IMG/VR virus record: IMGVR_UViG_2687453341_000003
Location: 1-64,000 of that record
Origin: a virus
Lineage: Duplodnaviria > Caudoviricetes
Reading direction: 5' to 3' (one strand)
DNA: 64,000 nt
Positions within the stretch are counted from its first letter, which is position 1; every line of letters starts with the position of its first letter. Under the pieces are notes generated by a model. It was not told the origin of the DNA. It did not search any database and was given only the letters and a program-made list of their open reading frames with translations. Below, one piece after another: positions 27,838 through 36,291 of this stretch. A program made the position numbers and the translations under genes.

Positions 27838-28086
27838 ATGCCAACCATGACCAACCGACCACGCCTGACCTCGGCCCAGTTCCTCGGAGCGCACCGGCGA
27901 GCGCTGGAAACAATCAGCGACCTGTACGCAGTGGTCGAAGAGATGCCGATCCTCGCCGCTTCCGACCCATCGACCATGAAACAGTTCTTCGACGAACTGG
28001 CTGATGTGCAGGCCACCGCAGCGAAACTCGCCCAACATTTCCGAACGCAGGTATGCACCGAAGAAAAGAATTCGAATTCCTTTTGA
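27838..28086 (+). CDS. 82-aa hypothetical protein (cassette 1 only)
   Basis: GGAGA RBS precedes MPTMTNRP. Confidence 0.7.
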   Translation: MPTMTNRPRLTSAQFLGAHRRALETISDLYAVVEEMPILAASDPSTMKQFFDELADVQATAAKLAQHFRTQVCTEEKNSNSF

Positions 28087-28090
28087 ATCC

Positions 28091-28127
28091 GGCTTGATGC
28101 GGTTCAAACCGCATGGCTCATGTGTGT
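28091..28127 (+). promoter_or_regulatory. Cassette leader repeat 8
   Basis: GGCTTGATGCGGTTCAAACCGCATGGCTCATGTGTGT. Confidence 0.8.
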
Positions 28128-28170
28128 TAACGCGAAAACGATTCACCAACCAAAAAACGGAGACCAGCAG

Positions 28171-28485
28171 ATGACCCAACACGACCTCGACCTGACGATC
28201 ACCAAGATCAGCAATCGCAACCGCGGTGCTGGCGGGTCTTGGGTGCAAGGCAAGATCAACGACGAATACCGATTCGATGCTTTGGTCTTCGCCGAACACG
28301 CAGAACACGAATCGTACGAATTGAACCAGAGCAAGATTTCGAAGCTTTGGGTTCAACGCCTGGCAGACCGCAAAGTGATGTTCAACTTCGATCGCGGGTT
28401 GGATGTGCCAGCGGTCAATACAGAGGTGCAGGTGATAGTCGACTTTCTCTGCGAGGGATTGTCGGACTTGGTCTTTGGTCAATAA
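28171..28485 (+). CDS. Conserved small phage protein (DUF7678-like; homolog at 41209-41523)
   Basis: WVQG.I...RF.ALVF, SKISKLW and FNFDRG.D motifs. Confidence 0.8.
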   Translation: MTQHDLDLTITKISNRNRGAGGSWVQGKINDEYRFDALVFAEHAEHESYELNQSKISKLWVQRLADRKVMFNFDRGLDVPAVNTEVQVIVDFLCEGLSDLVFGQ

Positions 28486-28554
28486 GCCGAAACGCAGCAC
28501 GGACGCGCGTAGTCGATCGGTGGTTCGATCGGCCTGACGATGGCAGCCAACCAC
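28486..28554 (+). ncRNA. Type II hammerhead ribozyme with loop-I pseudoknot
   Basis: GCC-GAAA, stem III, GUA cleavage triplet (28509-28511), stem I GUCGAUCG/CGAUCGGC, core CUGACGA, then U-GGC. Loop GUGGUU is complementary to downstream AACCAC. Confidence 0.88.
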
Positions 28555-28578
28555 GAACACAGATTTGGAGATACGAAG

Positions 28579-29148
28579 ATGAAGAAGGCAGAAGTAAAGA
28601 TCGGTGGCAAGTACTATGCGAACGTTTCGGGCAATCGCTGCGAGATTCGGATCGATGCCGAGAAGCCTCGGGGCGGTTGGGACGCAACCAACCTCGCGAC
28701 CGGCAAAAAGATCTTGATCAAGAGCGCCCAACGCCTGCAGGGCGAAGTGGGTGCGAAACGCGGACGCGCGAAGGTCACCACCGAAGGTAACGTAACGGTG
28801 GTTGAGAACGAACCAGCCACCGTCGAAACGATCGGAGGCGAAACGTCCACAGCGGTTGCGGTTCTCAAGAAGCCACGCAAGGCAAAGGCTGCATCCACCG
28901 AGACCGCCGACGCCGGCGAGAAGCGATTGAGCTGCGTCGCTGCGGCCTTGAAGGTTCTCAGCGAATCGAGCGAACCGATGAACGCTCAAGAGTTGATCAC
29001 CGCGATGGAAGCCAAGGGCTATTGGAGCAGCCCCGGTGGCAAGACTCCCCACGCGACCTTGTACAGCGCGATCCTTCGTGACTTGGCCAAGGGCGACGAT
29101 AGCAAGTTCGTGAAGACCGAACGCGGACGCTTCACCGTTCGAGACTAG
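28579..29148 (+). CDS. Protein with a C-terminal HARE-HTH-type winged helix
   Basis: LS...AA.KVL....EPM...ELI.......W....GKTPHATLYSAILR...RG.F motif. Confidence 0.8.
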   Translation: MKKAEVKIGGKYYANVSGNRCEIRIDAEKPRGGWDATNLATGKKILIKSAQRLQGEVGAKRGRAKVTTEGNVTVVENEPATVETIGGETSTAVAVLKKPRKAKAASTETADAGEKRLSCVAAALKVLSESSEPMNAQELITAMEAKGYWSSPGGKTPHATLYSAILRDLAKGDDSKFVKTERGRFTVRD

Positions 29149-29160
29149 GAGACCCAGCCG

Positions 29161-29394
29161 GTGAAACACTTTTACGATTTGCGAACGGTGGATGACTTGG
29201 CCGAAGGCGAGATCGCAGTGCCAGAGCCAGGCATCACCTACGACCTGCGAACGATTAACAATCGCAAGCTCGACGTCGGCAGCGTGGTGGACGTGATCCG
29301 CCAAGGTCCCACGCTGTTCGCCCGAACCGCTAGCGGAGATTCGATTGCCGTCTCCGGCCACGGCGCTGCCATCTTGGTACCGCACGACTTGTAG
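29161..29394 (+). CDS. 77-aa hypothetical protein (distant homolog of 40723-40962)
   Basis: AGGAG RBS with GTG start; shares DL..G....PE....Y and AR...G...AVSG. Confidence 0.75.
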   Translation: MKHFYDLRTVDDLAEGEIAVPEPGITYDLRTINNRKLDVGSVVDVIRQGPTLFARTASGDSIAVSGHGAAILVPHDL

Positions 29395-29571
29395 ACACGC
29401 CCGAAGCACGGAACGCTTCCCACCAATCGCCCCACGTTTACACCGTGTGGGCGTTTTCTCGTTGATGCGAACATAAGCCCAACCAGCAACACAACGCGAC
29501 ACGTCGCGGAACTGCGGTTCGCCGGCGCAGCCACATGTTTGGAAGAAATTCACAAAACATGCTCGCATGTT

Positions 29572-29608
29572 GGCTTGATGTTTTTGCGATTCGCTGGCTG
29601 ACTGTTGA
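29572..29608 (+). promoter_or_regulatory. Degenerate cassette leader repeat
   Basis: GGCTTGATG followed by a diverged GCTGGCTGACTG box. Confidence 0.45.
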
Positions 29609-29646
29609 GGATCGTCTTTCGTTTCTCCAACAACCAGGAACCAACT

Positions 29647-29862
29647 ATGGCCAAACCAGCCCTTGAGCCGGCAGCTCCCTACGAGAACCTGCACCTCGTA
29701 GCACGCGACTACCTCGATCGACTGCGTCAATCGCTCGATGCTATGCAACAACCAGATGACCCAAATCTGCGATGGCGGAAAGTTCACACGATGGCACAGG
29801 TCAACGCACGCCTGGCTCAAGCCGGCGAACTGCTCGACAAACTCAACCCAACCACCAAATGA
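29647..29862 (+). CDS. 71-aa hypothetical protein
   Basis: AGGA RBS precedes MAKPALEP. Confidence 0.7.
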   Translation: MAKPALEPAAPYENLHLVARDYLDRLRQSLDAMQQPDDPNLRWRKVHTMAQVNARLAQAGELLDKLNPTTK

Positions 29863-29874
29863 AACAAGGAACCA

Positions 29875-30105
29875 ATGACCATGCACACACGACTGAATAA
29901 AGGCGATCGCATCCGCTTGGTGTCGATGCCGCAAGATCCAGACCCGATCCCCGTTGGATCGCTCGGGACCGTCATTGATGTTCACGAGCATCACGATTGG
30001 ATGCAGGTCGATGTCGATTGGGACAACGGCCGCTCCCTCATGCTGACGATGCCCGACGATTGTGTCGCCATCGTCGAACCCAACCACCACGAACCATCGA
30101 AGTAA
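29875..30105 (+). CDS. DUF4314-family protein
   Basis: GDRIRLVSM..DPDPIP.G..GTV and V.WDNGRSL.L motifs. Confidence 0.8.
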   Translation: MTMHTRLNKGDRIRLVSMPQDPDPIPVGSLGTVIDVHEHHDWMQVDVDWDNGRSLMLTMPDDCVAIVEPNHHEPSK

Positions 30106-30117
30106 GGAAGCCAACCT

Positions 30118-30435
30118 ATGTCCACAAGAGCAACGATTGCCTGCAAGCAAGAAGACGGTCGCTACGCAGCGATCTACCTTCACTTCGATGGCTACCAAGA
30201 CCACGCCGGCAGAGTCCTCAAAGAACATTACACATCGATCGAGTCGGCACGAACGCTGGTCGCAGGTGGCGATATTCGATCGCTCGCTAACGACGGAACG
30301 CCCGAACGATTCACCGACGGTAATCGCACGGTTGTCATGCCGACGCGCGCGGCTCTCCACGAGTTCGCGAGGAACTGCGGCACCGAGTATGTTTACGTTT
30401 TCGAGGACGACGCTTGGCATTGTCATAGGCTTTGA
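30118..30435 (+). CDS. Conserved phage protein with an MSTR...Y.H.DGY motif
   Basis: MSTRATI, IYLHFDGY and EYVYVF..W motifs; AAGGA RBS. Confidence 0.8.
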   Translation: MSTRATIACKQEDGRYAAIYLHFDGYQDHAGRVLKEHYTSIESARTLVAGGDIRSLANDGTPERFTDGNRTVVMPTRAALHEFARNCGTEYVYVFEDDAWHCHRL

Positions 30436-30441
30436 TGGGCT

Positions 30442-30864
30442 TTACTGATTCGATGAGTTTTGTTTTGCACGAAGTTTCCGATTGCGTTTCGCGATGACGG
30501 CGAGGTCCGATAGACAGCGCTTGCACACCCCCATCACACCGTTGCGTCCCTTGTATTCGTAGAACTCCGTGTCGACGGGCCGATACCATTGGCAGCGCCG
30601 ACAGCGTTTCAACCAGCGGCTGCCAACTCGGATGCAACCGCTGTGAATCCGCTTGTGCTCCAAGCGAGTCACCAGCATGAGGTTCTCAAGTCGGTTATCG
30701 AGCTTGTCACCGTTGCGATGGTGTAGCTCCATGCCTTCAGGGATAGGCCCATGGTGCGTCTCCCAGACGATTACATGCTCAAACCTTTGCTTCCGATCCT
30801 TGCACGTGATCCGTCGATAGCCGAACGGCGTGATTGAACCTCTGGCCGGTGACCGTTGCGTCAT
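30442..30864 (-). CDS. HNH endonuclease with a C-terminal Zn-binding CxxC pair
   Basis: EHVIVWE.HHGPIP, HHRNGDKLDNRLENL and EH...H motifs. Confidence 0.9.
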   Translation of the reverse strand: MTQRSPARGSITPFGYRRITCKDRKQRFEHVIVWETHHGPIPEGMELHHRNGDKLDNRLENLMLVTRLEHKRIHSGCIRVGSRWLKRCRRCQWYRPVDTEFYEYKGRNGVMGVCKRCLSDLAVIAKRNRKLRAKQNSSNQ

Positions 30865-31833
30865 CGCATGTTCTCCTCTCGCGCCTTCATGGGGATCGGA
30901 GATTCGCCCGTTCGTTCCAAGACCGCAGGGATACCTGTGAAACGCTGGAAGCGATCAACGATGACATCACAATACAGCGTGTCGAGTTCCATCAAGAACG
31001 CGTTGCGACCGCACTGCTCAGCGCCGATCAGCGTTGAGCCACTGCCACCGAACAGGTCGAGGACGTTCTCGCCTTGAACCGACGAATACTGCATCGCGCG
31101 GACAGCGAGTTCAGCCGGCTTGCCCGTTAAATGTTCAAGCTGTTGCGGAGGGATCTTCTTGACATGCCAAAGGTCCGTGATGTTCTTCGGTCCATAGAAC
31201 TTATGGCCGGCACCTTCTTTCCAGCCATAGAACGCCCATTCATGCGCGCCCATGAAATCTTTTCGCGTCAAAACTGGATGCTGCTTGTCCCAGATGATTG
31301 ATTGCGAGAAGTACAGCCCATGCTTCTTCAGTACCGGTGGATAGTTGCCGCAGTTGGCGTAGCCACCCCAGATGTAGAAGCAGCGACCTGGCAGTAAGAC
31401 TCGGGCAATGTTTCCAAACCAATCATCAAGCAGCTTGTCGAACGCCTCGTCGCTGACGAAGTCATTTGCAAGCGGTCGATCCTTTGGACGAAGCTTCTTG
31501 TGAGTCGCTGCATGTTTTGGTTTGCCCGTTTCGTGATCGACACCAAACGAAGCGGCGTTGCCTTGTCCTTGCTTCAGCCGGCCCGATGCCCCATCGTTCG
31601 AGAACGAAGACAAACCCGCAGCGATCGCGTTATTCGATCGCGGTTCGACCTTTACGTTGTAGGGCGGATCTGTGTTGCACAAGTGGATCGCAGCGCCGGC
31701 CAAGAGCCGATCTAAGTCCGCCGGCGACGACGAGTCACCACAGAGTAGCCGATGGTTTCCGAGGATCCAAAGATCGCCTGGTTGGGTAACCGCTTCGTCT
31801 GGCGGCTCCGGCACATCGTCTGGATCGGTGAGC
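30861..31833 (-). pseudogene. 5'-truncated DNA methyltransferase (N6A/N4C, beta class) that lacks the ParB domain
   Basis: DPPY and DLFGGSGST are intact. Alignment to 42775-44166 ends at LTDPD; an unrelated N-terminus continues in frame to 31970. Confidence 0.8.
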
Positions 31834-32274
31834 TTCCAGGCAACCCACTGATTCCGATCGCGAATGCAACTTGGACAATTCTGGTCGATAGCTTCAAGAG
31901 GCGGTTGGGGTGCGGAACCTCCCCGGACCGACCCTGATAAGGAACCTTCTCGGAGAAGTCGATTTCGCAACTGCTTGAAAAACGAGGGCTTACGGAGTTC
32001 GAGACCGAATCGCTCGGTCGTAAAAGGTGTGCCGCGTTACGGAAAATCTGCTTAACAGTCAGGACTTTCGCTGCGCGCGTTTTTAGTCATTTTAGCTTTC
32101 CGCGACCTGCACATAAGTTCTTGTTTGAACAGTCGTTAACCGCTTTCGGGTTACATCGGTGCCCCGCATCGGTCTCGAACGCATGCGACATACTACTTAG
32201 CAATCACTGCGAACCGGCTGCACCGCCATGAAGCAGTTGTTACATGCAGCCGTCGAACTATCCTAGACCCACAT

Positions 32275-33654
32275 CCGGGGTGCAAAAAGTGCGCTCCGCC
32301 TATGTATTTCTCGGGAATTCACGGCTTTTCATCATGGCAAGCTTCCGCAACGTTTACACATCCCTCTTGCTCGTCATTGCCGGGTCAACGGACAGGGAAC
32401 TTGCCCGCCAGGTCAACTACCTCAAGGCGGAGAACCAAATCCTTCGCAGTCGGCTTCCTGGTCGGATCAGTCTAACTGAACGCGAGAAGAACCGCCTGAT
32501 TCGTTTTGCCAAAAATCTTGGTTCGGCACTCAATGAGTTGGCCACGATTGTTCACCCCGGGACCATCCATCGCTGGATTCGCGAAGCCGCAGCAAAATCC
32601 AAGGCGCGCCGAAAAGGCAAAAGCGGCCGTCCCCGGACTGCAAAGGATATCGAGAAACTGATCCTTAAACTGGCCAAAGACAATTCCTGGGGCTACACCA
32701 GGATCCTCGGCGAACTAAAGAAACTTGGGATCGAATCGGTAACGCGCAACACGGTCAAAAACATTCTCAAACGCAATGGCTTCGAGTCAGGCCCTAAGCG
32801 AGGACCGGGCACTTGGGACGAGTTCGTCAATCGCCATGCGAAAACGCTTTGGCAATGCGACTTCTTCTCGAAGAAGATCGTTTCGAAGGCTGGCCTTCGA
32901 GACATCTTTGTTTTGATCTTTATCAACGTTGAAACACGTCGCGTCTACATTTCGCCGTCGACCTACAAGCCAGATGAGCAATGGATGGTTCAGCAAGCGA
33001 CAACGTTTATCGAGTCGACAAAGGCGGGAGGTCCGAAATGCAAGATCCTGATGCTCGACAACGACGCAAAGTACTCCAAGCTGTTCATGGACGTATTTGA
33101 AAAGGGAAAAATCAAAATCCAACGAACTCCGATCCGATCCCCGAACATGGTCGCCTTTGCCGAACGATTCGTTCAAACGATCAAGCAAGAATGTCTCGAC
33201 CATTTCGTCGTTTTTGGCCACAAACACATGGACCTCCTGTGCCAAGAATTCAAAGACTACTATCACGAAGAACGGCCGCATCAGGGACTGGAGAACGAGC
33301 TTGTGATTGACGGTACGAGAACGAAGAAACGATCGAAGTCTGGAACGACACAATCCGAAGCCGTATCGATTCCGATTTCTGAGATTCGTTGCAAAGAACG
33401 GCTCGGTGGACTGCTCAAGAGCTATAGCCGCAGAGCGGCGTAGCTCAAGTCATCGTTCCACTTCCTTTGATACGTTCACTTCAGGTTTGTGCTTACTGCT
33501 GCGCACGACGCGAACATCCATCTGCACCGCAGCCATCTGTGTCCAAAAATGATCAATGTGCTATCTCAAACGTGATTCCAACTGCTCTCGATCCCTTACC
33601 TATTTCGTTCGGAAAATCACCTTGCTCGATGCAATCTAGTTTTTGCACAGGGCG
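32275..33654 (+). mobile_element. Insertion sequence encoding an rve-type DDE integrase/transposase
   Basis: Short inverted termini GTGCAAAAA (32280-32288) and TTTTTGCAC (33640-33648). The right end coincides with the portal breakpoint. Confidence 0.65.
32334..33443 (+). CDS. Integrase core domain (DDE) transposase
   Basis: N.SWGY.RI.GEL, WQCDFF (D), DNDAKY (D), AERFV.TIK.ECLD (E), Y.EERPHQG and RLGGLL motifs. Confidence 0.92.
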   Translation: MASFRNVYTSLLLVIAGSTDRELARQVNYLKAENQILRSRLPGRISLTEREKNRLIRFAKNLGSALNELATIVHPGTIHRWIREAAAKSKARRKGKSGRPRTAKDIEKLILKLAKDNSWGYTRILGELKKLGIESVTRNTVKNILKRNGFESGPKRGPGTWDEFVNRHAKTLWQCDFFSKKIVSKAGLRDIFVLIFINVETRRVYISPSTYKPDEQWMVQQATTFIESTKAGGPKCKILMLDNDAKYSKLFMDVFEKGKIKIQRTPIRSPNMVAFAERFVQTIKQECLDHFVVFGHKHMDLLCQEFKDYYHEERPHQGLENELVIDGTRTKKRSKSGTTQSEAVSIPISEIRCKERLGGLLKSYSRRAA

Positions 33655-34974
33655 CAGAGTGGTCGTATGATTGGCGAGGCGGATTTTCTGGGCATTGGCT
33701 TCTTTGGCTGGGTCGACATGCTCATGTCCGTCCCAAAACCATTGATGCTCGAACGACGAGTCGAGAGTGCGAAGCGAGTTAGGCAGATAGCCTTCGATGA
33801 GAACCGCTTCGCGCAGCCATGCGTACAGAATGCGATCCAGAATGGTGCGAGCCATTTGAGACTGCTCGACACGGATCGACTTGAAGTAGGTTTGATGGTC
33901 GAGTCGCCCAGATGCGTAGTTGTAGCCCGACGAATTTCCAGCGGCGACATTGAACGGCATGTTCAAACAACGTGCGATTTCGTTGAGAATCTCACGCTTG
34001 AACTCGGCGTACGTGGTCGCCGGTTGCTCAGCGTGCATCTGAGCCATCTTCCAACCGCCAGGCATCGTTAGGAGCGCTCGCTTCTCCAGTTCGATCGGCT
34101 CGAACGGTTCCGCGGCGTCGGCTTCGCCACCTGCGGGCGCGTCGGTGTAGAGAATCCCGGCAAAGTCAGCTGCTGTTTCTGCGGCAGCAAGCACTGCTAG
34201 AGTGAATCGACGAAGTTGTGCGAAGAGTGGCAGCGCTGGCGTAATGTCAGGAATACCACGAATCTGCCCTGGCCGATCACTGCGAAAATAGTGAAGGACC
34301 GAACTGGCGTCGATCGTGTCATAGTTCTCTGTCAATGAGAATGCGTCATCACCTGGATGTTCTCGGAGCACATCGTATGAAATCGGATTGCCATGCTCAT
34401 CAAAGCGGATGCCATCGAGATAGCGATAGCTGTCAAAGGCCAAGAGAGGCGAACTAACCTGTTCGGCCTCGACCAGCTTTAGATCAAGTTGAACCGGCGA
34501 ATCAATTCTCGGGTTACTGGTTAGCAAACCAAACGATTCACCGTCTGAAACGCGAGCAAGCCGCATCGTGCGTAGTTTCTCTGCGAGGCCAACTGCATCA
34601 GCCCAAGCAAAGAACTCCTGTTCAACAAAACGGTTGGCAAACGCATCCGCAGTCAGCATCTGCAATCGAGGTCCGGTACCAACACAGTCGTTGGCCAGAG
34701 TCAGCGAGATACCGCGAGCATAAGAATTGTTAGCGATCTCGTATCGCGAACGGTTGCGTAGCGTGCGACGCACTTCAGGGCTATTGGCCGCACTGGCCGA
34801 TAGTCCGTCAGCGGCTGCCCAGTGGCGAACGTTGTCGACCGTGGTGGTCGCAGCGTCATAGCGTCCCAGCAGTCTCATCATCGACCAGGGGTGTCGGGTC
34901 GAGCGTCCACGGACGAGCGATCGATCAACTCGATCACCGTTCTTGCTCAACATCCTTGATAACAACTTCAACAT
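33553..34974 (-). pseudogene. Lambda-family portal, C-terminally truncated at the IS end
   Basis: Matches 19666-21150 up to LANHTTTL (about 33655), then reads into IS sequence. Confidence 0.85.
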
Positions 34975-35045
34975 CCGTGAATCAATCCCTACTGTGAAAC
35001 CCGACACCCCTGCCAATAGAAACAAGCTCGATCAGGTGCGAACGA

Positions 35046-35243
35046 TTAGTCCGCACCCGGTGGCACGAGCTTGTTGAATCGAAGACCACGCTTTGGTTGA
35101 GAGGCGGCTGCCTTGGACGCTAGATACTTGTCTGCCGCGATCTGCTCGGTGAGCTTATGCTGCTCGACGCTTCCGGCATCGCCCGATGCCTTCGCGGGTG
35201 CCTTCGCACTCTCGCGAATGGAGTCCCTCAGATCGTCTGGCAT
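35046..35243 (-). CDS. Small head-completion protein (copy 2)
   Basis: Near-identical to 21223-21420. Confidence 0.8.
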   Translation of the reverse strand: MPDDLRDSIRESAKAPAKASGDAGSVEQHKLTEQIAADKYLASKAAASQPKRGLRFNKLVPPGAD

Positions 35244-35288
35244 TAGAAGTTCCGTCCATTGTCAAAGGTAGCTGTGTCTCTCTACCCC

Positions 35289-35318
35289 TTGAACTACTCA
35301 CGAAACATGCAAACTGGC
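35289..35318 (-). promoter_or_regulatory. Bipartite motif GCCAGTT-N11-TGAGTAGTTCAA upstream of the head genes
   Basis: One of four copies with identical spacing. Confidence 0.7.
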
Positions 35319-35418
35319 GAAAGCGACGGACAGAATTTGGGAAATAGTTTGATTCACAGCCTACATGACGTGAACGAGAGCCATGACTGTGGGACTTAGC
35401 GCGGTGAATGCCGCTAGA

Positions 35419-35916
35419 TTAGAGTGTCTCTGCCGTCAGCATTGGAAGAAACATCCGATCAGGTAATTTCGGTAGCGAGATAAAACCGAACTTCTCATAG
35501 AAATGCGTTGCGGTTTCCCCTTTGGAATCGACAACGATAAGGCTTGCCGCGATCTCACTTGCCACTCGGACGCATCGTGTGATTGCATCGGACAATAGTA
35601 GCGTGCCGACGCCAGGCTGATTGATGTCTCGAGCCAGTCGTCCTATGAGTATCGCGGGAATCTCGGGATAGCGGGGAAGTTTTCTTGTAACCTCATCGGG
35701 TAACTCAGCAAGGGCTACCGATGTCGCACACAGAGTGTAATAACCGATCACTCGCTTCGGCTCCATGCTCTTGACCAAGACAAAGACCGCCGACGCCTTT
35801 CGTTTCACATCTTGTTTCGCATACTTGGCTAGGTATTCGTTGAGAACTGGCACGCCACAATCAAATTGCGATCGATCGTGTTGATTGCCAAGCGGTTCAC
35901 AAACGAAGTCGCTCAT
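35419..35916 (-). CDS. GNAT acetyltransferase toxin (AtaT/TacT-like)
   Basis: HDRSQFDCG...LNEYL, IGYYTL, PAILIGRLA and FYEKFGF motifs. Confidence 0.9.
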   Translation of the reverse strand: MSDFVCEPLGNQHDRSQFDCGVPVLNEYLAKYAKQDVKRKASAVFVLVKSMEPKRVIGYYTLCATSVALAELPDEVTRKLPRYPEIPAILIGRLARDINQPGVGTLLLSDAITRCVRVASEIAASLIVVDSKGETATHFYEKFGFISLPKLPDRMFLPMLTAETL

Positions 35917-36206
35917 CGACTTTCGACCTGCTTGCGATAGCTCTCCATGGCAAGCTTCAACTTCTTGTTTGGCTTCTTGGGTGCAAGAAGTGCCTCGACC
36001 AGAATTTTGCTTTGCGCTTGGTCCAAGTGCACCTTCTCATGCTCATCGATCACTTTCTTTGCAGCGACTTCAACATGAGCGAGTACAAATTCAGAAACAG
36101 TCCGACCACTGAATGCGGCAGCCCGCTCGATTAGATCTTTCTGCTCTTGAGACACTCGAGTCTCGATTCGAGCCGACTTTGAGGTACCGTTCACAGTTGC
36201 CATCAC
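35913..36206 (-). CDS. DUF1778 ribbon-helix-helix antitoxin (AtaR/TacA-like)
   Basis: RIETRVS.EQK.LIERAA...GRTVSEFV and P.KPN.KL motifs; ATGA overlap with the toxin. Confidence 0.9.
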   Translation of the reverse strand: MMATVNGTSKSARIETRVSQEQKDLIERAAAFSGRTVSEFVLAHVEVAAKKVIDEHEKVHLDQAQSKILVEALLAPKKPNKKLKLAMESYRKQVESR

Positions 36207-36291
36207 TTGCTCCTTGATTCACTACTACTGTACGGCATATTTCCGTACAAGTCAATTTGAATGGGTTTCGCTTCCAAAGCGAGAAACCACA

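Larger units (their letters stand above)
24136..30426 (-). other. Giant antisense ORF (2096 codons) in codon register with all 13 plus-strand cassette genes
   Basis: Stop-free over 6.3 kb, including about 2 kb of intergenic DNA. No recognisable protein domain. Confidence 0.75.
1..31833 (-). mobile_element. Prophage element 1 (siphovirus-like late region: tail, head, packaging); left end probably outside the window, right end truncated inside the methylase
   Basis: Co-oriented terminase-portal-capsid-tail-tape measure gene order. Similarity of its methylase to the intact copy at 42775-44166 stops near 31833. Confidence 0.9.

Noticed and set aside
24176-28127. CRISPR array interpretation of the 37-bp repeats
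   Set aside because: Repeats are 330-1150 bp apart, separated by whole genes, and have a variable middle. No cas operon is present; the Cas4-like nuclease sits in a phage recombination operon.
24136-30426. The 2096-aa ORF as a conventional folded protein, with the plus-strand ORFs as shadows
   Set aside because: The plus-strand ORFs have RBSs and recognisable families (amidoligase, DUF4314, HARE-HTH), while the long ORF has no recognisable domain. It is kept as a finding for its openness, not as an enzyme.
24176-30435. Integron cassette array (attC sites)
   Set aside because: No integron integrase is present, no consistent RYYYAAC...GTTRRRY boxes were found, and the repeats lie 5' of genes like promoters.
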